Below the pieces are notes generated by a model that was given only the letters and a program-made list of their open reading frames with translations, was not told the origin of the DNA and made no database searches. DNA of 43,801 nt, from assembly GCA_013239625.1 (NCBI GenBank), contig MU053482.1:4301922-4345722 (forward strand), given 5' to 3'. A program made the position numbers and the translations under genes. Within the stretch, counting starts at the first letter, position 1. Every line of letters begins with the position of its first letter. Source of the stretch: Lama guanicoe (taxonomy: Eukaryota). Shown piece after piece: positions 23,176 through 35,085 of the stretch.

Positions 23176-24449
23176 AGATGATCTCTAGCGCTTTCCAGCT
23201 CTGACACACTGCGAGCCTCCCTGACACCCACCTTCTTGTGCATCCTGTGCCGCCTGCTCCCTTGTCACTGTGGCCGAGACTTATTAACACCCAGAGGGCA
23301 GCCAGTGATGACTGACTGACAAGCAAGAGTATAATGAGGTAGAGTCAAAACAACTTGACCAAGAGTTATAAAACAGCTGCCTGTAAGTTCTTCAAGGCAA
23401 CTGCACTTCAGGAGGCAAAAGAAAAAAACCAGTTCAGAGGTGCCCCCATGGAAGTGGGCTCAGTCACAGCTTTCTATCGAAGCTCATCCTCTGCTTAAGG
23501 GGCTGGGCAGTTCCACTACCTGCCCCAACCCCAATATCCCAACTCGAAATAAGTCCTTTGGAGTGAGATTCATACTTTTAGATCACATTATACGGCCAGC
23601 GTGCCCCAGAAACTATCTCAGCGTGTGGAACTAGGTTGGAGGATTTGCTGATGAGAATTCTGATTCTCATTCTGCACCACTCCCCTCTTCTGTCACTCTC
23701 ACATCCTCTCTGAATTCTTCTAAGAAACTTTGGTCTCAGGGAGGCTTACAGGGGCTTCTAACCCGAGAGATAGTCTCCTGGTTTCTCAAAACCCCCATGG
23801 GTGGTCCCACATCCTGAGCCCAAGGCAACAGTCAGGCCTTCACCACACCAAGGGCCACATCCCATCTGTCCAGGCAAACTCTGCTTCCAGAAACAACTAG
23901 ACAGTTCTAAGTGGCGAGCATCCATGCTTTTACCCAGCACCCACCATGGGACAAGGAGTGGGCCGGACACCAGGGCAGAATCAGGGGTGACAGTGACCTA
24001 CATCAAATTGATGATAAGTAGGCAAGCAGGGCAGAGATGAGAAGTGGGGACCGAAAAACAGGGCATGAGGTTGCTGGAGCAGCCAGAGGGGGGAAACTGA
24101 AGCAGAGAGGAGCTGGTCCACAGAGACAGGAAATGATTGGGAAAGAGAGAAAAAAACGCCAGTTCAGGGAGATTTACATAACAGGGATGTGAGCTGAGCA
24201 GGCCACTCAGCACGGAAGGGGCTGCTTGATGGGAAATGCAGCTTGGACTTTTCCTGGCTGGGAAAATACATAGGACCTAGATTCCTCTCTGAGCAGAGGA
24301 GATGTGAGGGAGCTCAGGCGGGCTGGGAGTCAAAGTAAGGGTGAGTCTGGGGCTGTGACTGGAAGAAAGAATCCCAAGGCAAGGATCAGTATTTGCCCCA
24401 AAGAGCTCAGCACCGGGGCTGAGCACATGATGTGACATTCAGCGTGCTA

Positions 24450-25065
24450 GACTGAGTCTACCACGAACCACTCCAGCATCTGCCCTGCCGCCTTCTTGCC
24501 CCTACCCGGTCTGCTCTCCACACCACAGTCAGAGCAGCCTTCCACCACCGCCCTTCTGCATGTCTCCTCCCTTCTCACACAGCCCGGCTGGCCTGCCAGG
24601 GCCCCAGCCACCTCCTCTCCCGGCAGCTCGGCCCTGCAGGCCTTGCCGGATCTGCTCCTGCCCACGACTCTGGCCCCTCTGGCTCCTTCCCCTCACTCCC
24701 TAGGTTTCTGCAACACACCAAGCTCTCTTCCCCCTTGGGGACTCTGCTGTCTGCTTAGAAAGCTTGTTTCCCATAATTCAACGAACGAGCAACTTCTTTT
24801 CCTCCAGATCTCAGCTTAACAGTCTCAAAGCTTTCCCTACCACCCACGTTCGAGAAGGATCTCCCTACCAACACCTTGTTCCTCTCGCCACCTTCTGTTT
24901 TCAACCTGGATGGCACTTCCTGCGATACGTGCTGACCCACATTTAACATCAGGCTCCAGATGGAGGTGAATGCTGTGGGAAAGGCATTACCTCGTTCTCC
25001 AGCTCGGCCTCAGCGCCCGCCCTGTGCCTGGTGCACGTGGGGCTCAATAAATTGTCATCAAATAA
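24450..25065 (-). mobile_element. L2 LINE 3' ~600 bp
   Basis: CTCTCCACACCACAGTCAGAG...CAACACACCAAGCTC...CAGATCTCAGCTTAA...GTGCCTGGTGCACG..GGGCTCAATAAAT. Confidence 0.75.
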
Positions 25066-25146
25066 CGCATCCCTTACTTGCCTGTAGGGAGTGAGTCTCC
25101 ACATTGCCCCCCATGTCTTCCCTCTGGCCATACTGAAGACATGAAC

Positions 25147-25390
25147 TAATAGTGACAGTTAACATTTACTCAGTACTTTTCATGTGACTCAGCCTTTCCT
25201 GGCTCATGTCACTGAACCCTCACAGCAACCTGATATGGTAAGTCTTTTTTTATTTCCATTTTACAGATGAGAAAATCGAGGCTTCAAACAAGTGTAATTG
25301 CTTTCCCAAGAACACATGGCTAGTGAGCATCAGGGTCTGGATTCAAACCCAGGCCAACTGATCCTTGGCCCACGTGCTTAGCCACCACCA
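25147..25390 (-). mobile_element. MIR SINE
   Basis: TAACATTTACTCAGTACTT...CCTCACAGCAACC...CCATTTTACAGATGAGAAAATCGAGGCT...GGATTCAAACCCAGG. Confidence 0.9.
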
Positions 25391-26134
25391 GTATGGCAAC
25401 TCTAGGTCACAAGGGTGTGTCTTTGGAGAATCAACTCCTGGCCCTGAGTGATGGAAAAAAGGAAAATAATGAGCCATCATGTGTTTCCTTGGCATTCTGG
25501 GACACGAGGTTACTTAGTGGTAAGCGTAGCTCTTCAAAATCAGTGCCACTTTCTGAGTTTGGGCCCCTGTGTTTCCAGAAGCCCCCCAAGGCTCCAGTCC
25601 TCTCAATGACTAGGTCAGATCAAAGTCAGAGGAGGTGTGGGGTGGATGCCATGTCCCTCTGGGGAGAGGCGCCTCTACCTGCGCAGGGAAAATAGGCTGT
25701 GGAGGGCAGGGTACAGTGCTATGTTTGGATCAACCGTGTCCCCAGGGGCCATATGCAAGGGGCCACATTGGTTTTGGTAACCTCCTGTCAATTAGCCGTG
25801 TCCAGGCCAAACATAGTATCTTGACAAAGAATGTTTCAATTCAATGCAAATAGACTTTATCTACAGAGCCCATAATACATAACGAGGTTATTTAATCTAG
25901 AAAGAAATCCAGTGACCTGGAAAAAATTTGATGTGCGTTAAAGCAACCATCTCCTCCACCCACATCTTGGTAAGCTTCTACTTAACGTGCAGGCAGAGCT
26001 GTCTACCTGGGCTGCTGGCTGTGAAGTGCTTGTTATTTCTGGAGTTTCTGCCCTGTCCCCCTGCCCTACAATGACACAGTGAGTTGTGTGCCCAGCGAAG
26101 AAGACAGCGACCCCAACAGCAACTGGGCATTGGA

Positions 26135-26270
26135 ATTCCTTAAGAGGCACTTTACAAAGACAGATTTCTAGGTCTGGCCCTGGAGATTCTGGTTCAGTAT
26201 ATCTGGGAGCCCCGGAATCTGCATTTTCCCATGCAGGCAGGCCTGTGGGGCAGTGTTTGGACACCATCAA
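26135..26270. mobile_element. MER5-type hAT-Charlie fragment
   Basis: CAGATTTCTAGG...GAGATTCTGGTTCAGTATATCTGGG...GGAATCTGCATTTT. Confidence 0.7.
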
Positions 26271-26466
26271 GCAGTGATGTGGACACTGCTGTCCTGCAGT
26301 GTCTTGCAGGGATCCAGGCTCAGACACTCCTTCCTGTGGGCTCCCTGACCATGAAACTTTCAGCCTTGGTTTACTTTTCTAGAAAAGGAATATGCAGTAT
26401 ATGGCCTGCTTAACCCCTGGGTGGCTCATGGGGATCAAGGGGGATGATACAAGTAACATAAGAAAA

Positions 26467-26660
26467 CAGCTAACATTTATTAACTATTGACCATGTTCCA
26501 GGCACCAGATGAAGCATTTTGCCTGCATAACTCAGTCCTCATAAAAAAAATCATAGAAGGGAGTTATTTTCATCTCTGTTACTTGTTTTAAAGATGAGTG
26601 AAGTGAAGCACAGGGAAGTTAGGCAACTTGTCTAAAGTCGCTGACTTGGGATGTGAGCTT
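26467..26660 (-). mobile_element. MIR SINE
   Basis: AGCTAACATTTATT...CCAGGCAC...GATGAG..AAGTGAAGCACAGGGAAGTTAGGCAACTTG. Confidence 0.75.
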
Positions 26661-27099
26661 GGGCATGAGTGCAGGGCCCAGGCTCCTCTCCAGTCCCACC
26701 CGTGAAACCTGGTAAGTGCTGGGCACATGTGACAGTGGTGCAGGATCCAGCTGTCCTGCCCCGTCCCTCACTGACAGCCTCAGGATGCGAGGTCTAAACT
26801 GAGTGACCCGACAGAGGGAAGACTTGAACATTGAACATCGCTGGCCAGCGCCCTTCTGCAGGAGGACAAGGAGCAGATGGCCCCCGTGTGGCCCTCCCCT
26901 CCCTGCCAGCTGTCAGGGGTGTGGAAGCATGCACCAGTTTCTGCTGACGGGAAGGAAGGAAACCACAATGACAGGAACAAGTCCAGCTGGGGCACAGGCT
27001 GCCATCTTGAACTGCCAAGGCCAGAAGCCAAAAGTATTGAGAAGAATTCTTTAAACGACAGCCCTTTACACTTGAATATTTGACAAGGATGAGAGGATG

Positions 27100-27300
27100 C
27101 TACGATTTATTGAGCACCAACTCTATGCAGAACCCTTTTGAACTGTCATTTCTTTTAACCTTCACAGGACCCCCGTAAAGCAGGGCTTTTTCCGAGCCCA
27201 CTCTACAGCTGAGAATCCTGGGTCTCAGAAATGCTAATTAAGGCCCTAAGGGGCCAGCAAGCAGTGGACAGTGGATCTTATTCAGAAGGGCCTAGCTCCA
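27100..27300 (-). mobile_element. MIR SINE, degraded
   Basis: ATTTATTGAGCACCAACT...TTTAACCTTCACA...CTACAGCTGAGAA. Confidence 0.6.
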
Positions 27301-28134
27301 AAGGGCTGCCCTTCCTGTGCCACAGCGTCCCACACAGGGCACTTCCCCTCCATCACAGTGGCTGGCTTTGACAAGGCTCTTACCTCACAACCAACTCCTA
27401 GACACTCTCCATACAACTTTAGATCTGGAGATGAAGCTCTCTGTCTCGTAACAGGACCAGGGCATCCCAGAGCATGTGGGAAGGCTGAGAAGACTGAGTT
27501 AAAAGGGGTTTCAGTCTTATGCTAAGGGTGTGCCCACCTCAATTATCAGTCAGGCCAAGATGAAAAGTCACAATTAACCGAGCACTACTTTGTACCGGGA
27601 ACTTGCTCATAACTGATATGATTAAAGTGTCACCACCACCTTGCCAGGTCATGTGAAGTTTATTTAGGGTCAAAATCTGTTTCATGTCATGAACAGCCCA
27701 CCCACCAGCACTATCCACTTTCCAAGATGGCTAAAAGGAAGCCAAAGGGGCCAATGTTAAAGGGGAATCCCTTCTGCAGTCTGACCAGGAGAGCCACACA
27801 CAAGAGATGGAGCCAATTTACTGTCTCTCCCAGCAAAGGAGTCGTGTCAGGGAAGCAAGGACAAGCAGAAACATTGGTATAAATTACTCTGAGTGTTCAT
27901 AAAGGCTCGTGGTTCAATACTCCCAGGAGGCTGAAGAATTGTTTGCTCCCAGCCTGGCAGACCCAAAGCATGCAAATTAATAGCCATGATTTATCATGGG
28001 GTGTTTTTCACTGGCATTCTTGGACCAGGTTTCTTTAAGTATTTGGATTCATTTATCTAGCATGTGCCTGGTCCAGTTACTGCTACTATTATATAAAACA
28101 CATCATAAATTGACCATTTAAGAGAAGTTTATTT

Positions 28135-29967
28135 TAACCTACCTAGGGAGGCAAAAGACCTGTACTCCAAAAACCATATGACACTGATGAAAGAAACTGA
28201 AGACTGCACAGATAGAAAGATACACTGTGCTTTTGGGTTGGAAGAATCAATATTGTTAAAATGGCCATACTACCCAAGGCGATATTCAGATTCATTGCAA
28301 TCCCTATCAAATTACCAATGGCATTTTCCACAGAACTGAAACAAAAAAGCTTTGAATTTATACAGAAACACAAAAAATCCTGAATAGCCAAAACAGTTTT
28401 GAGAAAGAAGAACAGAGCTGAAGGAATCATGCTCCCTGACTTCAGACTATAGTACAAAGCTACAGTCATCAAAACATTATGGTACTGACACAAAAACAGA
28501 CACATAGATCAATGGAACAGGATAGAAAGTCCAGAAATAAACCCATGCACTTATGCTCAATTAATCTATGACAAAGGAGGCAAGAATATACAATGGAGAA
28601 AAGACAGTCTCTTCAATAAGTGGTGCTGAGAAAACTGGACAGCTACCTTTAAAAGGATGAAATTGGAACATTTTCTAACACCATATACAAAAATAAACTC
28701 AAAATGGATTAAAGGCCTATATTTAAGATCAGATACTCTAAAACTCCTGGAGGAAAACATAGGCAGAACACTCTTTGACATAAATTGCCCTAATATTTTT
28801 TTTGATCCATCTCCTAGAGTAATGGAAATAAAAGCAAAAATAAACAAATGAAATCTAATTAAACTTAAAGGCTTTTGCACAGCAAATGAAATCATAAACA
28901 AAACAAAAAGACAACCTACAGAATGGGAAAAAATATTTGGAAATGATGAGACCAACAAGGGGTTAATTTCCAAAATATACAAATAGCTCATACAGCTCAA
29001 TATCAAAAAGAAAGAAACCAATCAGAAATGGGCAGAAGACCTAAAAAGACTTTTCTCCAAGGAAGACATACAGATGGCCAAGAGGAATGTGAAAAATGCT
29101 CAATATTGCTAATAATTATTAGATTAATGAAAATCAAAACTACAATGAGGTATCACCTCACATCAGTCAGAATAGACATCATTAAAACATCTACAAATAA
29201 TAAATGCTGGAGAGGGTGTGAAGGAAAAGGAACCCTTCTACACTGTTGGTGGGAATGTAAATTGGTGCAGACACTACGGAGAAGAGTATAGCAGCTCCTT
29301 AAAAACTAAAAATAGTTACTCAATCATCCAGCAATCCCACTCCTGGGCATGTATCTGGATAAAACTCTAATTCAAAAAGACACATGCACCCCAATGTTCA
29401 TAGCAGCACCATTTACAATTGCCAAGACATGGAAGCAACCTAAATGTCCACTGACAGACTGGATAAAGAAGATGTGATATATATACAATGGAATATTACT
29501 CAGCCATAAAAAAGAATGAAATAATGCCATTTGCAGCAACATGGATGGATCTAGAGATTATCATATTATGTGAAGTGAGTCAGACAAAGACAAATAAATG
29601 ATATCACTTATATGTGGAATATAAAAAATACAAATGAACTTATTTATAAACCAGAAATAGATTCACAGACATAGAAAACAAAGTATAGTTACCAAAGGGG
29701 AAATGGGAGGAGGGACAAATTAGGAGTTTGGGATTAACATATACACACTACTATATATAAAATAGGTAAGCAACAAGGACCTACTGTATAGCACAGGGAA
29801 GTATATTCAGTATATTGTCATAACCTATAATGGAAAAGAATCTGAAATATATATATGTATGTATATATGTGTGTGTGTGTATATATATATATATAAAACT
29901 GAATCACTTTGCTGTGTACCTGAAACTAATACAACATTGTAAATCAACTGTACTTCAATTTAAAGAG
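28135..29967 (+). mobile_element. 5'-truncated L1 LINE (cetartiodactyl-type), ORF2 C-terminal remnant plus 3' UTR; inactive
   Basis: ORF2 peptides MKLEHFLTPYTKINSKWIK...LEENIG (28657-28851) and TTMRYHLT...KCWRGC...[12 protein letters not shown] (29028-29291) with stops/frameshifts; 3' end AACAAGGACCTACTGTATAGCACAGGGA...TGTAAATCAACTGTACTTCAAT; TSD AGAGAAGTTTATTT (28121-28134) / AGAGAGGTTTATTT (29968-29981). Confidence 0.95.
29848..29895. repeat. (TA)n/(TG)n microsatellite within L1 3' UTR
   Basis: Directly visible. Confidence 0.9.
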
Positions 29968-31269
29968 AGAGAGGTTTATTTAAACCAGCCTGGTGTGAGG
30001 GTCCAAGCTCATTACCATAAATATAATTAATTCCTGGCAAGGCATCCGAGAGTGGAAGCCAATCCACTGCACCTGTGAGCCACTGAATGGTCACGCACAA
30101 TCTCTGCAGGGGGCCCTCCAGGCACCCTTTGCCCACTCCTGAGCCACTGGCCTGGATCACCCTCTACCTTTAGGCAGCCACACTTCTGCTCAAACTGCTC
30201 CTTCTTCCTGGCGTGCCCTCCCCACCCGACACCTTTACCTTCCAAAATTCTAAAACAGCCTTCAGGGTCCTGCTCCACTAAAGCTTTCCCTGATCATCTG
30301 AGGCAAGACCCCACCTCTCGCCTCTCCAACCTAAACAGGGGTAGGTGACGAGGCTAGATGAGAGCTGGCAGACCCTGGGCCCAGTCTCTTTTCCTTCCAG
30401 TGACTCAGCCTCATCTGATAAGATGACCTCAAAGTTCCTCTCAGGCAAAAATTGAATGTAGTTCTCATGCCTTGGAATTCATGCCCTGTGTTATCTTCTA
30501 TATGAGGTCACGAGTTCCTCACGTCCTCCCCTGCACCCAGCCCAGTGTGTCCAGCCAACAGCAGATGCTATGAGATGATGGAAGGCAGGTGGGGAAGGGG
30601 TAGGGAGAGAAGAGAAGAAGGGAGGAATGGAAGGTGAGCCACTCAGCAAAGTAAGGGTCCATTTGTAAGTCATCAACCGTTCTAGAGAAAACAAGTTATC
30701 AGCATGGTCACTCCTTTGAGGAGGAAAGGTGATATCGGCTTCAAATACTGAGAACAGTATCCCTATTCATTAACAACAACACTATTTATTAACTGACCCC
30801 CCATTTCACAGAAGAGGACACTGTGGTTCAGAGTGGTGCAGCAACTAACCCAGCGTCACAGAAACAGACAGAGCCAGAATTTCAGGGTCTTCTGTTGAAC
30901 CACCTGGCTACCTATTTTCTATTTGTTTCTGGACGGCCAGACCACCTGGCATGTATGAGAGCCTGGGCAGGTGAGAGTACATGCTGCCTTTCTCTAGCCA
31001 GCACTGTCCTCCTGCTATGACTGCATGTGACCAGGTTCCAGGGCACTGATTCTGGGGATTCACTGGTCAGGTCCCCCATTGCTGCTCACCAGGCTGTGGT
31101 TTCATACAGAGCCTCATCCTGGCTTCATGACCTGCGTTTGGAATAACGAAGAGAAAAATCTCAATGACAGAGCATCATTTCACTCCAGTGAATTTCCCCA
31201 AAGAGATGAACCACAAGATGTTGCTTTAATCAGATGCAGTCAGAAGAGAGGACAGTGGGGGTAGGAGAA

Positions 31270-31485
31270 GGACTGACATTCACTGACATGATGTCACACC
31301 AAGCTTCTACATGTGTGAACTTTGTTTAAGTTTCACAGTGACCATATTGGGAGAGATTACTATCCCATTTTACAGATCAAGAAACTGAGGCTGCAAGAGG
31401 TTAAATACTTCACCTAGGGTCACAGAGCTGGAAGGAGGTGGAACTAGGATTCAACCCCAGGCCTGTCCAACTCTGAAGCTCAAGC
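31270..31485 (-). mobile_element. MIR SINE
   Basis: TATCCCATTTTACAGAT..AGAAACTGAGGCT...GGGTCACAGAGCTG...GGATTCAACCCCAGG. Confidence 0.85.
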
Positions 31486-31629
31486 TGGGATCCAGGCCTG
31501 TCCCCTTAGCTGGGTCAGCACATGGTACTAATGAGGTCAGGGCTCTGGGTGTGAGGCTCACATTATCTAAGATTGAGAATGTGCTTTGTAAACTGAAGGC
31601 CAAATAATCATTTTTTTAAAACTTGTTTT

Positions 31630-31834
31630 ATGTATAAAATAGATAAACAACAAGGACGTACTATGTAGTGCAGGGAATATAACTGAATATAATGGAAAAG
31701 AATCTGAAAAGAAAATATACGTATGTATGTAAGTATGTATGTATGTATATGTATATCTATAGCTGAATCACTTTGCTGTACACCTGAAACTAACACTGTA
31801 AATCAACTATACTTCATTAAAAAAATTTTTTTTA
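31630..31834 (+). mobile_element. Severely 5'-truncated L1 3' end (same family as 28135-29967)
   Basis: TATAAAATAGATAAACAACAAGGAC...TGAATCACTTTGCTGTACACCTGAAACTAACA...TGTAAATCAACTATACTTCA; perfect 12-bp TSD AAAACTTGTTTT at 31618-31629 and 31835-31846. Confidence 0.92.
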
Positions 31835-32049
31835 AAAACTTGTTTTTGTGTTTGCACAGGGCAAATCTCTCTCCTTTGGCTATTGCCTGAGCCTGTGATC
31901 ACTTTGTGAAAGAACTCCCTTAGTTCCAGAAATGGAACAAGGTGGGGTTGCTGGCTGAGGGTAGGCCTTCACCACTCCTCCACGGAAGGTGCCTGGCCCT
32001 GGCCCACCACTGCTGGGTGTTAGGGGTATGCCTTCTGTAGACAGAGGCC

Positions 32050-32300
32050 AAAACTCAGACTTCAGCAATGGTCAAACCACCTTTGCTGCCTGTCACCTTG
32101 ATAAACATCACTTATTGGCAGCACTGATTGACTGTGTGGACTAAACTCAGTCTCCTCATCTGTAAAATGGGGATGATCATATTTACCTCACAGGCTAGTG
32201 GGGGGATTAAACAAAATAATTATGTATGTGCTGCATCCAGCAGGTGGCTGGCCATACCAAGGGACCAGTAATGTTAGCCATTGTGATTATTATCATCACT
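32050..32300 (+). mobile_element. MIR SINE
   Basis: CTCAGTCTCCTCATCTGTAAAATGGGGATGATCATATTTACCTCACAGG...GGATTAAA. Confidence 0.85.
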
Positions 32301-35010
32301 TTTCAAGTTCACACCCCACCAGGCCCTATTGGACTCAGAAGGTGGCTGGAGAGGACCACTGTGGAGCTACTGAACGAGGCACTGCCCCAGGCCACAGAAT
32401 GGAGCCAGGCCTCTGCTAGGGTGGCCCTGCTTATCCGGCCCTGCTCTGGGCAGGCACCCTCTGAAGCTTTCCTGCCCACTCTCTGAAAACTGCTTAGCTT
32501 ACTGGGAGCAGAGTGACACTGAATAACAGAAAGAGAAGCCATCCACACATCCCCAAAGACTCTGCCCTTTCCTTTCTGGCTTCTGTTTCATTAGAGACCG
32601 TATCACAGGATAGGGGTCAACGCCCACTCTCTCCGCTCCAATCCAGGGAGCCTCAGCAAAGTCCATAGAACCCTGGGCTTCAAACCCCAAAGCCAACGAT
32701 GCTGGGTGATTCAGGGATAGGCCCTAGGAAAGACAGAGCCTTTCATCCTGGTGGAAAGGAGAGGTGGCAGGCCAGCACCCAGCTGGCCTCCGTCAGGAAG
32801 ACTCTCGGTTTGGAAGAAGCAAGAGGACAAGGCCAGGGTGATGTGTATAGCCAAGGCTTCCAAAAAGCGAGAAACTGTCCTATATACCGAGAGGAAAGAC
32901 TACAGCAATGTGGGAGAAGGAGCAAGAAGACCTTGATCTCGAGATGTGACCTTTCCCATGACCTTCTAATCCTCCCTAAAGTGAAGGTACTGTGAATCCT
33001 CACGTGAGGCTGCTTGAGGGAATGGTTTTCTGGCCGGCACTAACTTGGGACAAAACAGAGGCCTCAGGTACAGGCCACGGCCGGACATGGAAGAGACTCC
33101 AAGATGTGCCCTGGAAGGTGCCGAAATCCTGTGGGAGCTGATGGTGTCCCCAGGCCATGGACTCAGGGACCAGGAGGGGGTGAGCCAAGAGAACCTGTGG
33201 GTTTGTATGAGGATCCAGGGCAGATCATCCTGCAGGTCACTGGCTTGGAAAAGATACCCATGAGGAGGAACCAAAAAGAATAACAATGAACAACATCAAA
33301 CTCAGTAAGCCAAATGCTCTCCTTGCTTTCTTCTGTGACTGCTCCCCAACACGACCTTTTCCAGGGACAGAACACTTGGCTCAATGCTCAGCTTCCCTAT
33401 AGGTAGAAAGAACTTTAATTAAAAAGTAAATTGCAGCTTGAGTATACCTGGTAATGTGTGCAATGGCCTTGAGCCAATTAAGAAGAGGCTTCCCTCTTAT
33501 CCTTTCCTTCACCAGGATGGATGGGCTGCTTGGCTTTTAAGGAAAAGAGAATGAGAAAAAGCAACAAGGTGTCTCAGGAAGAGACCCCACTTCCCAGGAC
33601 CAGGAGGCAAGGGGAGTCAGGGTCACATGAGGCAGGCAGGCCTGGGCCTCCATGTGCAGGACCAGCAGGTGCTGCAGCCTCCTTGCCGGCTGCCGCCTCC
33701 CTCGGGGACGCCTACTGCACAAGTAAAGGCAGTGATGGGGAGAAGACAGGAAAGCACAGTCCTAACCAACCTTTCCCGACCAGCTGCTTCCCAAAATCAG
33801 CCTTGGATGCTTTGTGCCTTCCTAGAAATGGAAAGGGCTACATCAACAGCAAAGAACCTGAGGCTCGGGCCAGCTGGCTCCCTGGAGATCCAAAAGGGAT
33901 AGAGTGGCCTCTCTTTGCCTCGGGCCTCAGGAAGGAAGGAGGTGAGGGCAGTGCCACTGGACAGCTGGGAAAGGGACAGGCCACTTCCAGAGATGTACCC
34001 AGCTTGAGTTTCCTGGCCAGTGGCATCCCAGCGGACATGCAGGGGTGGCTGGGAAATGGCTATGGACAGACAGGATCCCAGTGGGGAAAATGAGAGTCAG
34101 GAAATTCGCTGGGCCAAATGGTGGTGACAACAGAGAAGCATCCTCCCCGCGGTCAGGCATGGGGCCACACTGGTCAGCCCACAGCCAGCTCTAGTGAGTG
34201 CCAAGGCGAGGCCCAGCTGCCACCAGCTCTCCAGTCTTGACCAAAGCTTAGAGGCGACAGACAGCAGGCTACTTGGCCGGGCTACATAGCTTTCTCACTC
34301 TAAACAGTGATTTCCAAACTTGCTTTAGTCATACGATGTGGGTCCAGGTAAAAGCCCATGTGAACCCCAATATATAATACAAATAGAGCAGAGCTGCTTT
34401 GGCTGATGTGGGGGTAGGGATGGGATCTCCATCCCTACCCTTACCCATCCAGCCCAAACTCCTGGATCAGTGCCAAGATACCCCGTGGGCCTCAGTAGGG
34501 CAGAATCAGAAACCAGGAAGATTAGACAAAGGCTTTGGAAGTGACACACAGAATGTGGGGAGGGGCAGTGAAAGAGGTGTACTTAAGATTAATTGATAAT
34601 CTGTCCCTTTCTAAATAAACCACTAAACCTATTCCTGTGTGCTCTGAGGCCATGCCAATAAACAATTTGATAAATCGATGTGCTAAGCCCTAAAATGCTT
34701 AAAAGCTAATTTCCAAATTTTAACCTGGTTTCAGTTAGGAGAGAGTCCTGGGTGGAGGAAGGCCATCAGGACACAGCTGTAACATGCTGGGTCTATACCC
34801 AGCCAACGGCTGAGCTGCGACTCAGTAACTACACCTGTCACACGGCTTCCTAGGAACTAGGAACTCAACAAAAGATGCTCCCCAAACCCCACAGTGGTGG
34901 GCTTCCTATAGCAATGAGAGGAGGGCCAGAATGGAGGGAGGGAAAGGTCTGCATGACTCAACATTGGACAAGAAAGCAAAAGGGAGATGAAGCGGATTAG
35001 GGAGATGGGG

Positions 35011-35085
35011 AGACAGACAGGATGGATAGATAGATGGATGGATAGATAGGTAGATGGATAGATAGATAGACAGACAGACAGACAG
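35011..35085. repeat. Compound tetranucleotide microsatellite (GATA/GATG/GACA)n
   Basis: Directly visible. Confidence 0.95.

Noticed and set aside
28143..29021. Hydrophobic minus-strand ORFs (120 and 151 aa)
   Set aside because: Antisense translations of A-rich L1 ORF2.
30635..30690. Minus-strand acceptor followed by TVDDLQMDPYFAE
   Set aside because: Good acceptor but no convincing donor; cannot be supported without transcript data.
33521..34093. Longest ORF in the track (190 aa)
   Set aside because: G/P/A/S-rich, no recognisable domain, no splice context or codon bias; expected by chance in GC-rich DNA.
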